A DNA stretch of 62,733 nucleotides, counting the filler, from Choristocarpus tenellus KU-1152 (taxonomy: Eukaryota > Protista > Phaeophyceae), in the NCBI GenBank assembly GCA_964200185.2. It is 11 parts of 11 records of this genome, joined end to end, with 100 filler letters (N's around TTAATTAATTAA, not from the genome) between each part and the next. Parts side by side here need not be neighbours in the genome. Positions count along the whole stretch, not along the records: positions 1 to 8,860 come from CAXNAD020004249.1; positions 8,961 to 13,710 come from CAXNAD020013209.1; 9 more parts are not named here. One strand, given 5' to 3'. Both the position numbers and the translations under genes were made by a program. Of this stretch, positions 1 through 12,350 are shown in pieces (within the stretch, counting starts at the first letter, position 1; every line of letters starts with the position of its first letter). Under the pieces are notes generated by a model. The model had not been told where the DNA came from. It saw only the letters and a program-made list of their open reading frames with translations, and searched no databases.

Positions 1-119
1 CTTTTTTGGTGTGATTTGGTCACAAGTGTCGGATTTGAAATGTCAGCAAAAAAAAAAATGTTTGACCGAAACGGACACCCCCTCACAAACCACCCCCCAC
101 CCCCCAGATACTTTGACCC
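1..119. mobile_element. MITE family A, partial copy
   Basis: Ends with the TIR CCCCCAGATACTTTGACCC. Confidence 0.65.
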
Positions 120-303
120 TTACCTTTCAACATCAACCCTAATTCCTATCCCCTCGACGCCCTGGCCAGCCAGGAGTGGGGTAGGTAATGATGTATTGCC
201 TCCTGCAAGCAATGTTAATGGCTAGAATGCCCTCAGTGCCCTATCCCAAACATCCCCTTGGGTTACTCACTGGACCATTCCTCTGTGTGCTTGGTCTGCG
301 CAG

Positions 304-3300
304 GCAGCAGTCTGTTTGGAGGGGTACTTGTCCGAGCTAGGGGTTGGGACAAAGGCAGGTGGAGGCCTCCCTGAAGGGATCAAGGTTCCTGAGCTCCTGT
401 TCTACATGTGGAGGGCCACGCAGGGAACATTGCAAGTGGGGAGGAAGGCAGGAAAGACTGCTCTCCGGAAGTGAGATGGGCAGTTGAGAGGCTCAAGAGT
501 CTTAGATCGGGGTGTGATGGTGTGAAAGACTTTAAAACTGACGTGGAGGGTGATGGGGAGAGGATGGTATGGTACATCTCCTGTTCTGAGGGAAATAGAA
601 GAAATTGTGGAGAGCCAAAGAATCTTAGAGAGTAGGGCCACGTTCATTTGGAGGTCAAAATCTAATGTTGTGATTTTGATGTAATCTTGGCTTTCGGGTT
701 TGTTAGTAAGTGTCAATATCCTTGTTCAGGATACACCTTTTCATAACGTATACATTTACCTAAACCAAAACTGTTTCGGAGTAGGAAAATGTCATAGAAG
801 AACCCATGGGAAACCAAGCCCCAAATGGACAAACAGGGCAAAGCTCGTACCCTCTAAGATACTCTCACTCTGGAGGTTCACACTCCTGGGAAAGGGCGTA
901 TGGTTAATTGAGGTCACACCACCTCTCCTGTACGGGAGCAAACCTATTGAACAGGTTCATCACTCCATCCTTGCACACTGTGGCCGATACGTGCCAAATC
1001 GGTTTCTAATCGCTGTTTCGTTTCGAGGAGCGTATTCATTCAACCCCAGTGCCTCCCTCAACAATTTTCGTTTATCTGACTACATCTGCTAGTCCACTAA
1101 TCTAATCATTCCTCTTCAATGTCCCTTATCTCACTATTCTCTTCACTGCTCTTGTTGCCCCAGAGTCCAAATTGCTATGGGGTTTGATGCCTTTGAAGAG
1201 GCTCTTGGAGTGTATTTGCGCAAGGAAGCAGTGGCCGATGTTCACTCCTCTCTTATATTGTGCCCCACAGCCGCCAATCAGGGAAAGGAACGAGCTTTGG
1301 GACAGGGGAGCTTGGCGAGTACACTGGAGGGTGGAGAAAACAAAGAGACAATGGACAGGTTAGCGGATGAAGGACTCACCTTTAGGTGTGCGGCAATTCA
1401 CCATACGGCTGCCTTCTACTAGAGCGAAGAACATGCGTCCTTCCACTATCCTTTGAATATCCTGTACCAATAGAGTGAGAAATGTAGAGGCAAACAGGCC
1501 AAGAACAGTGAAGGGGTATATGCTAGTAGATGGAAGTAATGCACATCTGCTTGATTGTCTTCAAGAATATATTACCTTGCGAGACAAGCATAATCCACTT
1601 CAACAACTACCCGACTCCACGTATTGCAGAGGGAGTATGTTCTTTGTATAGATTACCCTACTGCTACATGACGCGGGCGATACCATAACAGTATGACATA
1701 GCAAGGGGAGATCTTGGTGCAAGCTCTGTTCATGGCTCTCTTTGGAAGAGATATGTCCCTGGGGTCAGGACTTCCTACGAGGTTCCATTGAGGCGTTTTT
1801 ACCAATGGACTTCTTATCCAGAACATACACTGAACAACTAATATGTGCATATACAGCATGTCTACATTACAGTGAGGATCACAATATGTGAGCTCTCACT
1901 TGACACTGTGCAATCTGTATAAGCACGCACCGCCCTACCCAAACCTGATACTTTAGCCCACCTATTCTACGTCCACTCCCTTTTTACATCTCTCATTGCA
2001 TGGACTCCAATTCCCCTATTTGCTTTTGAGGCTGCAAATTTCTTGTCTTTGCTGTACTCTGTATCTCCCATTGCCATAATTCGAGAGGGTAATCCCGGAC
2101 ATGTCACTGCCCTCGGATCCTTCATTTCAATCTTGTGCTACTCCTATCCCTCCATGACGTTATTTGTCAGTATCAATACTTTGAACAATGTACTTGTTGT
2201 TATTACTGTGAGTTGTTCTTGGAACTGTTCTCCAACAGGAGAATGTGCCATAAAGCAACCAACATGTCACCTGACTCTTTTGGAAGGAGCTGGGTAGAGG
2301 TTGAGGGGGATTGGTCGGATCAAAATCCAAATAATCAAGTTACCTAAAATACAAACAAGCAGACAACAAAACGGATAACAACCACACCTGATAAATCAAT
2401 AAATTTAATACAAAACTCGAATTACTTGTGGTACACCTCTACATCAACTAATACTACAATGATATTACTATTGATGGCAACAGGAGAAGTAAGTCCGCTG
2501 ATGATGGGCATAGCCAACCTCTACCTGAACGATCTGTTGGGGTAAAGGAGGGCATTGGCGGGCGTGGCAGAGGGCTTCAGCAACCACCTCAGTTCGGAAA
2601 GATTCTAGGAGAGGGAAGGAAGATTGGACAGAGCGGTGGAGGGTACGGGTCCAGGAGACGATTGATGACAGTCAAGGATTTGGGTAGGGATCTTAAACCC
2701 AAGGCAGCGGCAATTCCCCTACGACTGGTGGACTCTGAGAGGTGATTATTCCCCGTAGCCCCCAGAGGCTTGGCAGTAGGGTATTGAAACACCACTCAAT
2801 CTCTCTTCTGGGAGTCGTCTGACTACAAGACTCTCTAACCCAAGGAATAAATATCTGCACCCGTGTTGTGATCCAAGACCTAATATCTCAAACCCCTCTT
2901 TCCCCGGCTGTGTAATTCGATATGGACCATGATTCCAGAGTTGAACGTTTGTCACACTCTGGGGACAAAACTATACAACGATCCATCTCAAGACCACACC
3001 CAACAAGGTTCACTCACAAACACTTTACCTAACCCATACTCCTCAGAAAGCTCTTGATTGCGCTTCTGGGTGCCCTGCACCTAGCAGAATACAATGTTGA
3101 CGACACCAGCTATGTTGCTGTGCTGAGTGCTGGTGATATGCAAGCCTGGAGGGGAAATGGGCTCGATAGCAATATTGACGAGGGAGTCAGCAAAGTATTC
3201 GAGTGAGAGAGAGACTGGGGCAGCTAATAGGAGAACAAGGGTTGGGGTGGTGATAGCAGTGGGGGTGGATCGGTCTGTGTGAAACCATGATGGTTCGTAG

Positions 3301-6300
3301 TATACAATAGAAAAGGTCCCTGGTCACATTTGCAGAAATTCAACTATTGTAAAGTACATGAACCATGACTTGGACAATGAAGTTAATTGCCCCCTGTGAC
3401 CATAGGGCTGCTGGGAGGCACAGAACTGCTCTGCTACTGAATGTCATCTCGCACATAAACTTGAGCCATCTCTCTCTCTCTCTCTCTCTCGCTCTCTCGC
3501 TCTCTTCTCTCTGTTGTTGTCCTGTTTCAACTATTCGCCAGCGTTTGTTTCCTTCTTGGCTTCTTTTTGCTCCACCCCACGGAATATACCTTATCCCCAC
3601 CCTAATAGCAATATAGTTCTTGACTTCTTTCCAAAAAAAAATTATACGTATTTATTTCTCAGGAGTCTCTGGTGTACCTTTGTAGCGTCTCACCTCGAGA
3701 TGCCCATGGCTACAAACAAGGCATATTCCTTCACTATTGGCTCAAAGAATTTCAAAGGCAATCTGGTGAGATTAGTGGAGTTGCAGGGTTGACTGGGTAT
3801 CTGACTTGGTGTCGGTTGTAAGATGGAATGAGGATTCAGGATGAAGCCAGAGTATCTTAGAGGTTAGAGCCGCGTCCATTTGGGGGCCAAAATCCAATGT
3901 TGCGATTTTGATGTAATTTTGGTTATCGTATTTGTTAGGAAGTGCCAATATCCTTGTTCCGGACACACCTTTTCATAACATTAATATTCTACCTACTCCG
4001 AAATATTTTGGACTACGAAAATGTCATAAAAAACCCCATGGAAAGCCAAGACCCAAATGGACAAACAGGGCAAAACTCATATCCTCAATCAACTTACGAG
4101 AGTAAGCATATCTCATTTAGTGCTCACGAAACTTGTACTGTTCTGTCAAGAGTGACTGTTTGTGGGATTGTTGTATTGGCAGTTATCCAGATCTACGTAT
4201 TGTTTACCATATTTCGTATCTACCGTTGATCCTTTCTCACATTGCAGAGCCTTTAGGATTCTACCAATGCAATCTTAGGCATATTTTCTTTGCTTGATCA
4301 GTGAAAATATGTTTTTTTGTAGAAAGTACCACCACACCACCCCAAGGTATGTCTCCCCTTCACTCGTACCACTCACTGCGCTTTGCTGCTCTTCCGCAAA
4401 TAGAATCCATAAATACACACCCTACCCCCCTTGTCTCTCAAGCTCCACTCGCTAACCGTTTTCTTGTCTAGTTCCTGGCTTTTGCAGTCATGAAAATCAT
4501 CACCCCTGTGATTTCATGACTTCCAGCACTGCATTCGCAGGCTAAGTATTACTATCCGAACTTCATTAGACTTGCCCTCCCCTCCTCACTCTCTGTTTCC
4601 CTTACTCTTTCCCTCCACCCTTCTCTACCCCCACCCTCCATCATATTCCTTGTTCCATTGAAAGGGTCGTTTGATTCGAGTGGCTTGCGAAGTGGGGAGG
4701 CGGCACAAGCTCTTAAACCCAGACAAAATGCGCGGTGACCATGGGAAGCTGGTGGGTTGATATATGGGGGGGTGAAGTCCCAGCTAGGTAACTATAAGTA
4801 TGTAGTGTTTGCTCTCTGTAGATGATGTTATATGGACATTATCAAACGTGTAGTGTGATAAATTGCGAATGGCATTTGGATATTCTGAAATATGCCAAGC
4901 CCCTTCTAGAACAATTTGCACAAAGGGTTGAGCCAGAGTGGTGTACATTCCAAAGTGGAGATATGCATCGATTCTGCCAGTGCGACTAACACACCTTTGA
5001 ACAGGTCACTGAGAGGAACAGAGAAGATCTTGGGGTCACAACCTAGGCTTCAGGCTAGTTTTGATATTAGTGAATAGGGATACCTTTGAATGAAAACGAG
5101 GAATGGAAGCACAATCAATCAGGCAGCTGGGGTCCGGAGGTCATTTGGTCTACGCACCAAACTAGCAAAATCCCGCAAATGGTACCACAAAATGCCACAC
5201 AATAAACAAGCAATGCACAGGAATATCGAGTGCATGGTGTCGCTCAAGCAACGCAGAAGAATGTAATCTTCAGATACTCTGAGAGTGCTTAAAGCACAAG
5301 CCACAATCTTCATAGTTTTGAAGTCTGTGGGGTTTGGGGTTCAATATTGAAGAGTACTTATTTCTTCCAGGAGTGAAGCTGCACATCTGGGAAAAGGTTG
5401 ACGATTCTAAATTGCACGGTGATGCCAGATTGCTACAAGCGGAGGTCCTAATACCTTGCTGTAAACTTTCATCCTATCCCCCAATACTTCTCATTTCGTG
5501 AATAATCCAATAGAACAAATTCTTCTCCTAACCACTACATCACAGACTTGCCTCACCTGTACTGAAACCCCACTGGTAGTTCAAAATAAATACTCCAAAG
5601 CGAAGTCTAGCTAAAGAATTCCTCCAACTTTCCTTTTCATCGACAAAAACAGATGCATATCCTCATGGATGCCCAGCAGGGAGCCGTGCGTGGGTCTGGT
5701 GACTTCTCATGTGTCACCGAGATTCGGTGAGTATTGATCATGGTATCGCTAAGTTTTTAGGAAGAAAAATATTTGGGAAGTGGAGAAGAAAATATCTGCA
5801 TGCACATGTGCTCATGTCTTAATCAGGTATATGATGTGCGAGCTGTCCAAGCATCGGGTACTCCTGCTCATAATCTTACAAGTCCCTATTTTAGGGAAGC
5901 AACGTTCATGTAGAGAACCATTCTACCTGCCCATAGACCCTTTCCTAATCCCTAAGCGCCATCACATTGCTCTCAGGACGGTTGTGCATCTCTTACGGCC
6001 AGTGAGCTCAGATTTAACCCCGGACTCTTACAGACCACGATGTAGACCATTCTATTTCCCATCGTGCCATTGTGGCACGCAAAAAAAGTCTAGATCTGAG
6101 TGAAAGTATCTTAGAGGGTACGAGTTTTCCCCTGCTTATCCATTTCGGGGATTTTCTTACTTTTCCTACTCCAAAATATTACGGAGTGTAGGTAAAATGT
6201 ATACGTTATGAAAAGTCGTGTCTGGAACAAGGATATCGACACTTCCTAACAAAACGATAGGCAAAATTACATCGAAATCGTAACATTGGATTTTGGCCCC

Positions 6301-6579
6301 CAAATGGACGCGGCACTACCCTCCAAGATACTTTGGTGCTCTCACCATTCAACTTGTAGACCTGATATTACTCCCTGAACCTAATTCTACTCCCCTTCCT
6401 AGAAAATCCAAACATCCTCAGCTTCCCTCCTCTTGCCTAACTTCAGGACTGTCCAGAGCTTGGCCAATTCCATAGGAGTTGAGGCCATGCTTATTAATCC
6501 AGACACAATTGTTGCCAGTAGACCCGTCGAGGTGTGGCAGGAGGATGCTTCTGGGAGGTGGAAGAAGTCTTCAGACGAG
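304..6579 (+). CDS. Divergent DUF2009/UPF0652-family protein, internal part (at least 8 exons; start and stop not found in this contig)
   Basis: Phase-consistent GT-AG exons 304-470, 1164-1358, 2484-2741, 3047-3202, 3663-3765, 4665-4751, 5653-5726 and 6447-6579 (donor possibly 6588). The spliced product contains IPLRLVDSERKLLIALLGALHLAEY, NFKGNLGRLIRVACEVGRRHKLLNPDKMRGDHGKLMHILMD and FSCVTEIRTV. These match the DUF2009 motifs IPLRLxxxERxLL, EIGRRHKIMNPEKMR and FSCVxxIxTV as I recall them. Confidence 0.8.
612..870. mobile_element. MITE family B (~255 bp), full length, TSD TGGA, intronic
   Basis: TGGA[GAGCCAAAGAATCTTAGAG...CTCTAAGATACTCTCACTC]TGGA. Confidence 0.9.
3844..4086. mobile_element. 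MITE family B, right end eroded
   Basis: Collinear with 612-870. Confidence 0.82.
6098..6339. mobile_element. MITE family B, reverse orientation
   Basis: GAGTGAAAGTATCTTAGAGGGTAC...TACCCTCCAAGATACTTTGG. Confidence 0.85.
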
Positions 6580-7713
6580 GTCAGATTGGTAGGAAGACCA
6601 CTTTTTCAGACTGTGTACCATGTTGTTGGTCGAGCAAGGGAGATGATCGGTCATTCGTTTCAGTACACAATAGACCCAACTCGAATCCCTAACCCTGACT
6701 CAACTATAGTTCTGATCATTTAGGGTTGTGAACCGAGAATATTTACAACTCACGATTATAATTGGTTCAGCTTTCACCAGTTAATCGTCAGGACAATAGC
6801 ACACGGTCGGTAAGGTTCATTGCCGTGAAACTATAGGTCCCTAATGCTGGTGAGGGCCCCCGCCAGAGGTGAAGTATTTTGCAGCTAATATAATACACGT
6901 GTCACACATTCAGATGTATTTGCATGTGTAAATATGCACAGCAGAAACGAACAATTGGCCTTCTTTATTTGGTTATCCGTACGATACGATTAGCCGGGCG
7001 CGACAAGTGCCAGTTGGTGCTGGTTCACGACTCTACAACTATATCAAATATGCTGTGGTGGATAACGTCCTACGTTTGATTACAGCTTATCTCCCAGATT
7101 TGTTCAACATCGAACCACGTCTATTTTGGCAGGGCTTACGTTCTTGGTAAACTGGCTTACAGTAGCCAACAGGTCCCTGGAAAGGTTCAGCGGAAATCTA
7201 CTAATCAACCAATTGACCATTCAGATACGCCAACAATTCCTGTCAAACAAGGCCATGCCTCAACAAGATTCTTACAGAGAAGGGTCATGGTACACATATT
7301 TAAACTACCAGTGAACTTAGATTCTGGTTTGCAGGGTTGGCTACAGCAATGCCCGAATTACAACGATACAACTGTTTCCTCTAGACGGCAACTTAGCCTG
7401 CTGCTTTCAGGTCTCCTCTTGCCACCAGTTTCTTGTTGCCTGGTCTGAAGTACCTCAACCTAATGAAAGCTGAGGGCACTTTATTGTCTGCTGCTACTTC
7501 AAGAAGAACTGAGCAAAACCTCCAGAGAGATCTATTCAGAATTCCTAAACGCCTCCCAACTACCCTCCCACGATAACAACAGAAGAATTCCCTCGCCTTC
7601 AATCAATAAACAAGTTCTCCGAATCAAGAAAATATTCTTAGTGTGGGTATGGATGAGGGTAACCCCCCTGTTCAGCCTTGGAAGAGTTGGAGCTCAAGAT
7701 TGGTAGTGCATTG

Positions 7714-7983
7714 GAGTCAATGTGTCAAAGAGGGGACGAGTTTTGCCCTGTTTGTCCGTTCAGGGCTTGGCTTCCCCCGGGCTTTTTATTCCCCTTTTCG
7801 GTTTTCTTTGAGAACATTTTGGATTTCGGAGTTGGTAAAATGTATAGAACTACAAAAAGGTATGTCTGGACCAAGGATATTGACACTTGCTAACAAAAAC
7901 GATAGCCAAAATTCTTCAAAATCGCAGCATCGGATTTATGACCCCGAACGGACGTGGCCCTACCCTCTTAAATGATTTGGGTG
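7714..7983. mobile_element. MITE family B, reverse orientation
   Basis: Collinear with 6098-6339 and 22124-22369. Confidence 0.8.
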
Positions 7984-8053
7984 TTGACATTAGGATTAGG
8001 ATAAGTATTTTGTTGGATTTGTCCTAAGTTGGTGTTGTAGCAAGCGATGCGAA

Positions 8054-8235
8054 GGCTCATAGGATCTAGGGTGGGCGGGGGGGAAGGTCTACACCAGGGT
8101 GTCCATTTTGGGCCCTGACCAGGAAAACTGTACATACATTTCAACCTGACACATCAACCAAATCACCAAAAAGTTACGATATGGAAAAACGGGCCCCAAA
8201 TGGACAGCCGCCACCCCCCCCAGAGAGTTTGAGCC
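8054..8235. mobile_element. MITE family A, full length
   Basis: Both TIRs present; flanks CGAA and TGAA (4-bp TSD with one transition). Confidence 0.85.
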
Positions 8236-8813
8236 TGAACAACTTATGATCCATCCTGGATCGCAATCACAAATCAGTCTTGGCAAAACGTAATACTATT
8301 AGATAGATTTTGGACATGGATGGTGCAGATATATGTGGGGGTTCTCATCCCAGCATTGGCAATTTATGACGTACACTAAGCATATGCATGGTACTCAATT
8401 CTGATGTGGTTATAAAGCGGGTTCAATTCAGGGACAGGGATACTCTTGGAGTTGTTGTGGTTGAGGCTGGGTGTGTGAGGTAGAGCTGGGTTAGAGTGAG
8501 GGCTAGGACCAACCTAGGTACTGTTCAAGGTTTGACCGTTCTGTGTAAACTTTGATGTGCACTTGTCCGAGTTGGTACCAATTGGGGATAACTATCATGC
8601 AGTTTCAACCGGACTCTCAACTAAGCTGGTGTGGACATTGCTTGGGAAGCGTCTTAGTTACCTGCCAGAGAAAGAGTTCAGTGGATGAACTATATAATAT
8701 GGGGGCAGGGCCGAGCTTGACCCATTCACTCTTCAACAGGCTGATATTCACTACTCTTGCGCAAGTCATGGAAGGAATGCCTAAGGCATCAAGCAGGGCA
8801 AGAGGTTATGTCT

Positions 8814-8860
8814 GACCCAAAGTATCTGGGAGGGGGGTGAGGTCTAAACCAGGGTGCCAT
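8814..8860. mobile_element. MITE family A, left end at contig edge
   Basis: GACCCAAAGTATCTGGGAGGGGG, cut by the spacer. Confidence 0.75.
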
Positions 8861-8960
8861 NNNNNNNNNNNNNNNNNNNNNNNNNNNNNNNNNNNNNNNN
8901 NNNNTTAATTAATTAANNNNNNNNNNNNNNNNNNNNNNNNNNNNNNNNNNNNNNNNNNNN
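8861..8960. other. Artificial contig spacer (also at 13711, 17550, 22571, 28062, 36909, 39798, 46158, 49623 and 59752)
   Basis: Identical 100-nt N44-TTAATTAATTAA-N44 blocks; the core places stop codons in all six frames. Confidence 0.97.
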
Positions 8961-9020
8961 GCAACATCGGAGTTTGGCCCCCAAATGGACGTGGCTGTAC
9001 CCTCTAAGATACTTTGACTC
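8961..9020. mobile_element. MITE family B end at contig start
   Basis: CCCCAAATGGACGTGGCTGTACCCTCTAAGATACTTTGACTC. Confidence 0.75.
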
Positions 9021-9220
9021 AATCATGCGTGACCCAGGTGAGACAATGCATTGTACTGTGGGCAATACGGTAACACAAATACCCGCAACAATCTCTGAAT
9101 GTTGCCCACGGACAGAAATTTGTATGTAGTGCATGTGTTTCAAAATATTGGGGCATTTTCGTACAGCAGAGTGTGGTCGACCATTGTCGATTCTCCATTT
9201 TGTGCTTCTGAAATACTCAC

Positions 9221-9402
9221 CTCCCCGCTCCTCTAAATCTGCCCCAAGCTGAAACTCCACATCTGCCGCATCAGCGTATGTCCTGACCTGGTGTTGACAT
9301 ACTCAGCATGTGTGGGGGTGTTAGTGATGGTGGTTGGCGTAGAGGGACTTTGAATCAGTCTAAACACTATTCAGAACAATGGTGGTGATGTGAGCACTCG
9401 CT

Positions 9403-9435
<33 letters not shown>

Positions 9436-10715
9436 ACCACCACCACTATCAACCGTGATGATGTTTATACTCACTAAAAAGGTATCCTCCCACAGGACGA
9501 ATCAGAGTGGGAGATGGTCACCAACGGGTTCTTCGTGAAGGGTGGGCGTTGTTGGACATGTTAATGTAAGCAATCCGTCAAGCACAACCCTAGTGGGGGT
9601 CAAAACTGAGAGGCCTTCCATATGGTAGGTGATAAAATCTGATATGTGGACACAAATTCCTACGTGTTGACACCCTCAATATGACTTCATCCTTCCATTG
9701 CTTTTGCAACTTTTCTTTTTAGCGAGTTTTCACTTTTTCACCATTGCAAATATTGCCTCAAAAAAGATGTTTTTGAGATCTTTTGGTTGTCGTAACACTC
9801 TGTTACACTCGCTAAAAATATACTGTTTTAAGTACCTGAAAGCTAGAAATTAGTGTCCATGGTAGATTGTACATCTACTCTCTAAAACGTGTTCTGATGG
9901 GTGTTAAGTTGATAGCAAGGATACTATATCAAGAGCGAAGGATAGAATAGTGGAATTTCTTGACTCCTGGCCATCGTCATGTCTGGGCAGGAATTCCAGT
10001 TGCGCGAGAAAATGTGTGTGTCAAAGATAGAAACATTTTGATTCAAATATATACATGTTGTACGAGATATGTGTAAAGCTCTACACTTTCCATTGCTCAA
10101 CCACTCCAAAGCAACCAATAGAAATAGTTTGACGATAAGACCAAGGCTGCATTCGTGATATTGATTTGAGATGTCAGGTTCGCACCTGTTCCTCCAGAAT
10201 AGAGGTCCGTAGACGCTCTACCAGCTTACTCTTTTTCCCTGTGATACCTAGATCCCGAGACTCAAGGTGATTACGGAGCTCTTGTCGGTTAAGACTCGCC
10301 AAGTCGAGGCCCCTCAGCACCTTGGGGGAATTGTTGTTAGAGGGATTAGAGTCGTTTCTCTGCAGCTGTTGATACATGTTGCGGCCGTTTGCTTTCAAAC
10401 TTTGGTAATCAACGCACCAGATGAAACCAAACGAGGTAACGAGCGAATCGTGGCAGTCAACGAAGCTAGTTCGCATCCCATGGCTAAATTGAAATGAGTA
10501 CCTATGACTATGGAGCAGGTGGGGCAGCTAGATCGAGTAGTTCAGACGCCAACATTCAAGGAAAAACTAATATTGGGTGTCGAGATATTCTCTGCTGCTT
10601 TGTTGCCACTGGTTACCTTAAGCGTTCCCCATTCGTAATCGTCGCCACGGCATTTCCCCTCCCTTTTCTCTCTATTCTTGGCCCTTAGGGTGTTGACGAG
10701 ACCAAGGGCGGCCAT
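9221..10715 (-). CDS. SAP-domain protein, 5' part (3 exons; 3' end lost at the contig spacer)
   Basis: Exons 10715-10617, 10320-10186 and 9287-9221 splice in frame to MAALGLVNTLRAKNREKREGKCRGDDYEWGTLK|VLRGLDLASLNRQELRNHLESRDLGITGKKSKLVERL...EEQ|VRTYADAADVEFQLGADLEERG. The segment LxxLxxxELRxxLxxRxLxxxGxKxxLVERL is a canonical SAP motif. Confidence 0.8.
9490..9645. repeat. Dispersed repeat with a diverged copy at about 24750-24910
   Basis: Shared CAGGACGAATCAGAGTGGG, TCCGTCAA.CACAA, GGTCAAA..GAGAGGCCT and CTGATA blocks in the same order. Confidence 0.6.
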
Positions 10716-10890
10716 GGCGCTTCCTTCTTAGCCCCGACCTTCTGGTGTTTGATGAATTGGTGATTGTTGTGAGGGTGAAATGAAACCGTCGTATTCGACG
10801 ACGCCTTCCTCCGCCTCTTCCAACAACTACAAAGAGGGGATGCAACTTCTTTGATTGTCTCAACATCATCACCATCTTGTGGAATGTGGA

Positions 10891-12350
10891 ATGGCAAGCC
10901 TTCCACATACACAGACCTCCAGCTCGAAACAGCGATGGAACAGCTACAATAGCATACCTTCGCCGTATCCTCAGCCGGAGACTCTTTGCCCACCTGAAGG
11001 GTACCGCCTGGTCGGCAAGGGCCTGCATTGCGCCACTGTTGGACTACAGGTTCGAAACTAGAGACTGGGTGTTCCGTGGCAATGGTTTTCTCTCTGCGTC
11101 AATTTGGTCTCGGAGACTGAAAAATTGACCAGAAAATGAAAGACAAGCATAATCTGATTGGGTTGAGTCGAGTTGGATGGCAGGGGTTGATGGCAAAATT
11201 GCAAGTACACGAAGGATTCCACGTCTCTGTTGGTTGTCAGACTGTTGTTAATCGGGACCAGTCAACTTGTCAACTTGGATAAATGCCTGGTATATATGCT
11301 ATTTTGTTTTCACGGGAAGAAATTCCTTCCCCTATGAAAGGACTTGGAGATATCTGATGTATCCCCACTCGATATCCTGTTGACGATGTTCTTGCTGACG
11401 TACGTTTTGGACAAAGCCGGAAATTTTACCTCGAAACATAATCTAGCAGCTCTTTTTGATCAGGCGGAGACCTTGGTAGTGTCATTTATCGCCTGCAATG
11501 AACTCATGCGAAGTTTTTGTTCAGATTGATTTGTCTGTAGTGCTAGTAGACATAATATACAACTTCCCGTGAATGGCCTAGAAGTACGTATCCCTTGGCC
11601 TCGAGCCCCGCTAATGCCTCTGTTGATATTACCACGATCCCCTGGCAGCCTGCAAGTTTCCCCTTCCTGTCGAGGTTGAAGTTACGCACAGCGATTAATT
11701 TGTCACGGGTACCTGTTCACGACAAGGCAGCAGCATTCTTCGAGAACATGGGAGTGGAAATGGTGAGAGCATATCTTGTACCCGTGTGTGTGGTTGGCGA
11801 TGAAGAGCATATAAAATCTATTTTTGTCCTGAGAAGAGAGGTTTAAGTATAGTTCTATGGCAAGTGAACTAGAGCTCTAGATTATGAAATGCACTCCAAA
11901 TGATTAATGTGCAAGGCAAACTTCAACCAATTGATTCTATGCACAGTCCAGTAGAATGAGTCTGTACACAGTTTCACATCAGTGACATGTTGAAGAGAGA
12001 AACCTATAAAGGTGAGAATGTATGTATAACCCTTGCATTGAATATGAACCCCCTTCTTGGGCAAGTCTTGTGCAGAAACTTGGAGTCCGAAAGATTCTCC
12101 AGGGAAGAGTATCTTTGTACTTCCCATCCTGGCATCTAACTAGAACACAAAGCTCCCAACTTCCAATTCCACCCTCACTTCCTCCCTTTCCTCTCCTCTG
12201 ATGTGTCGAACTGGTGGGGCACGATGCTGGGCAGCTGATTCCTTGCTCAGAGGTGTTTGATGGCCCATACGATATTTGGGAGGAGGGGGTTAAGGAGGCA
12301 CTAGAGGTGGTACTTGAGGGAAGCAACCACCCAATGATCATCCTCGACAG
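10891..12350 (+). CDS. Siw14/Oca (PFA-DSP) family phosphatase-like protein, 5' part, probably catalytically inactive
   Basis: Exons 10891-11049, 11649-11762 and 12235-12350 give LCPPEGYRLVGKGLHC...Q|PASFPFLSRLKLRTAINLS...FFENMGVEM|...EEGVKEALEVVLEGSNHPMIILD. This parallels the family pattern PPxNFxxVxxGxYRS...NFPFLxxLxLKTII...EALxxxLDxxNHPxLIHC. Confidence 0.8.

Noticed and set aside
612-870. MITEs acting as introner elements
   Set aside because: Copies lie inside existing introns, other TEs or intergenic DNA; none coincides with an intron boundary in the reconstructed genes.
700-1092. Recurring similar short ORFs such as PPRYF, KYLGGG and QNYIKIATLDF (also at 3772, 7643, 21913, 36559, 49100, 62543)
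   Set aside because: They are chance translations of the two non-coding MITE families, not a gene family.
8905-8916. TTAATTAATTAA motif recurring ten times
   Set aside because: Always centred in N runs of identical length; it is an assembly linker, not biology.
10672-11028. Arg-rich 118-aa minus-strand ORF
   Set aside because: It is antisense to the first exon of the phosphatase-like gene and overlaps the intergenic region; no domain support.
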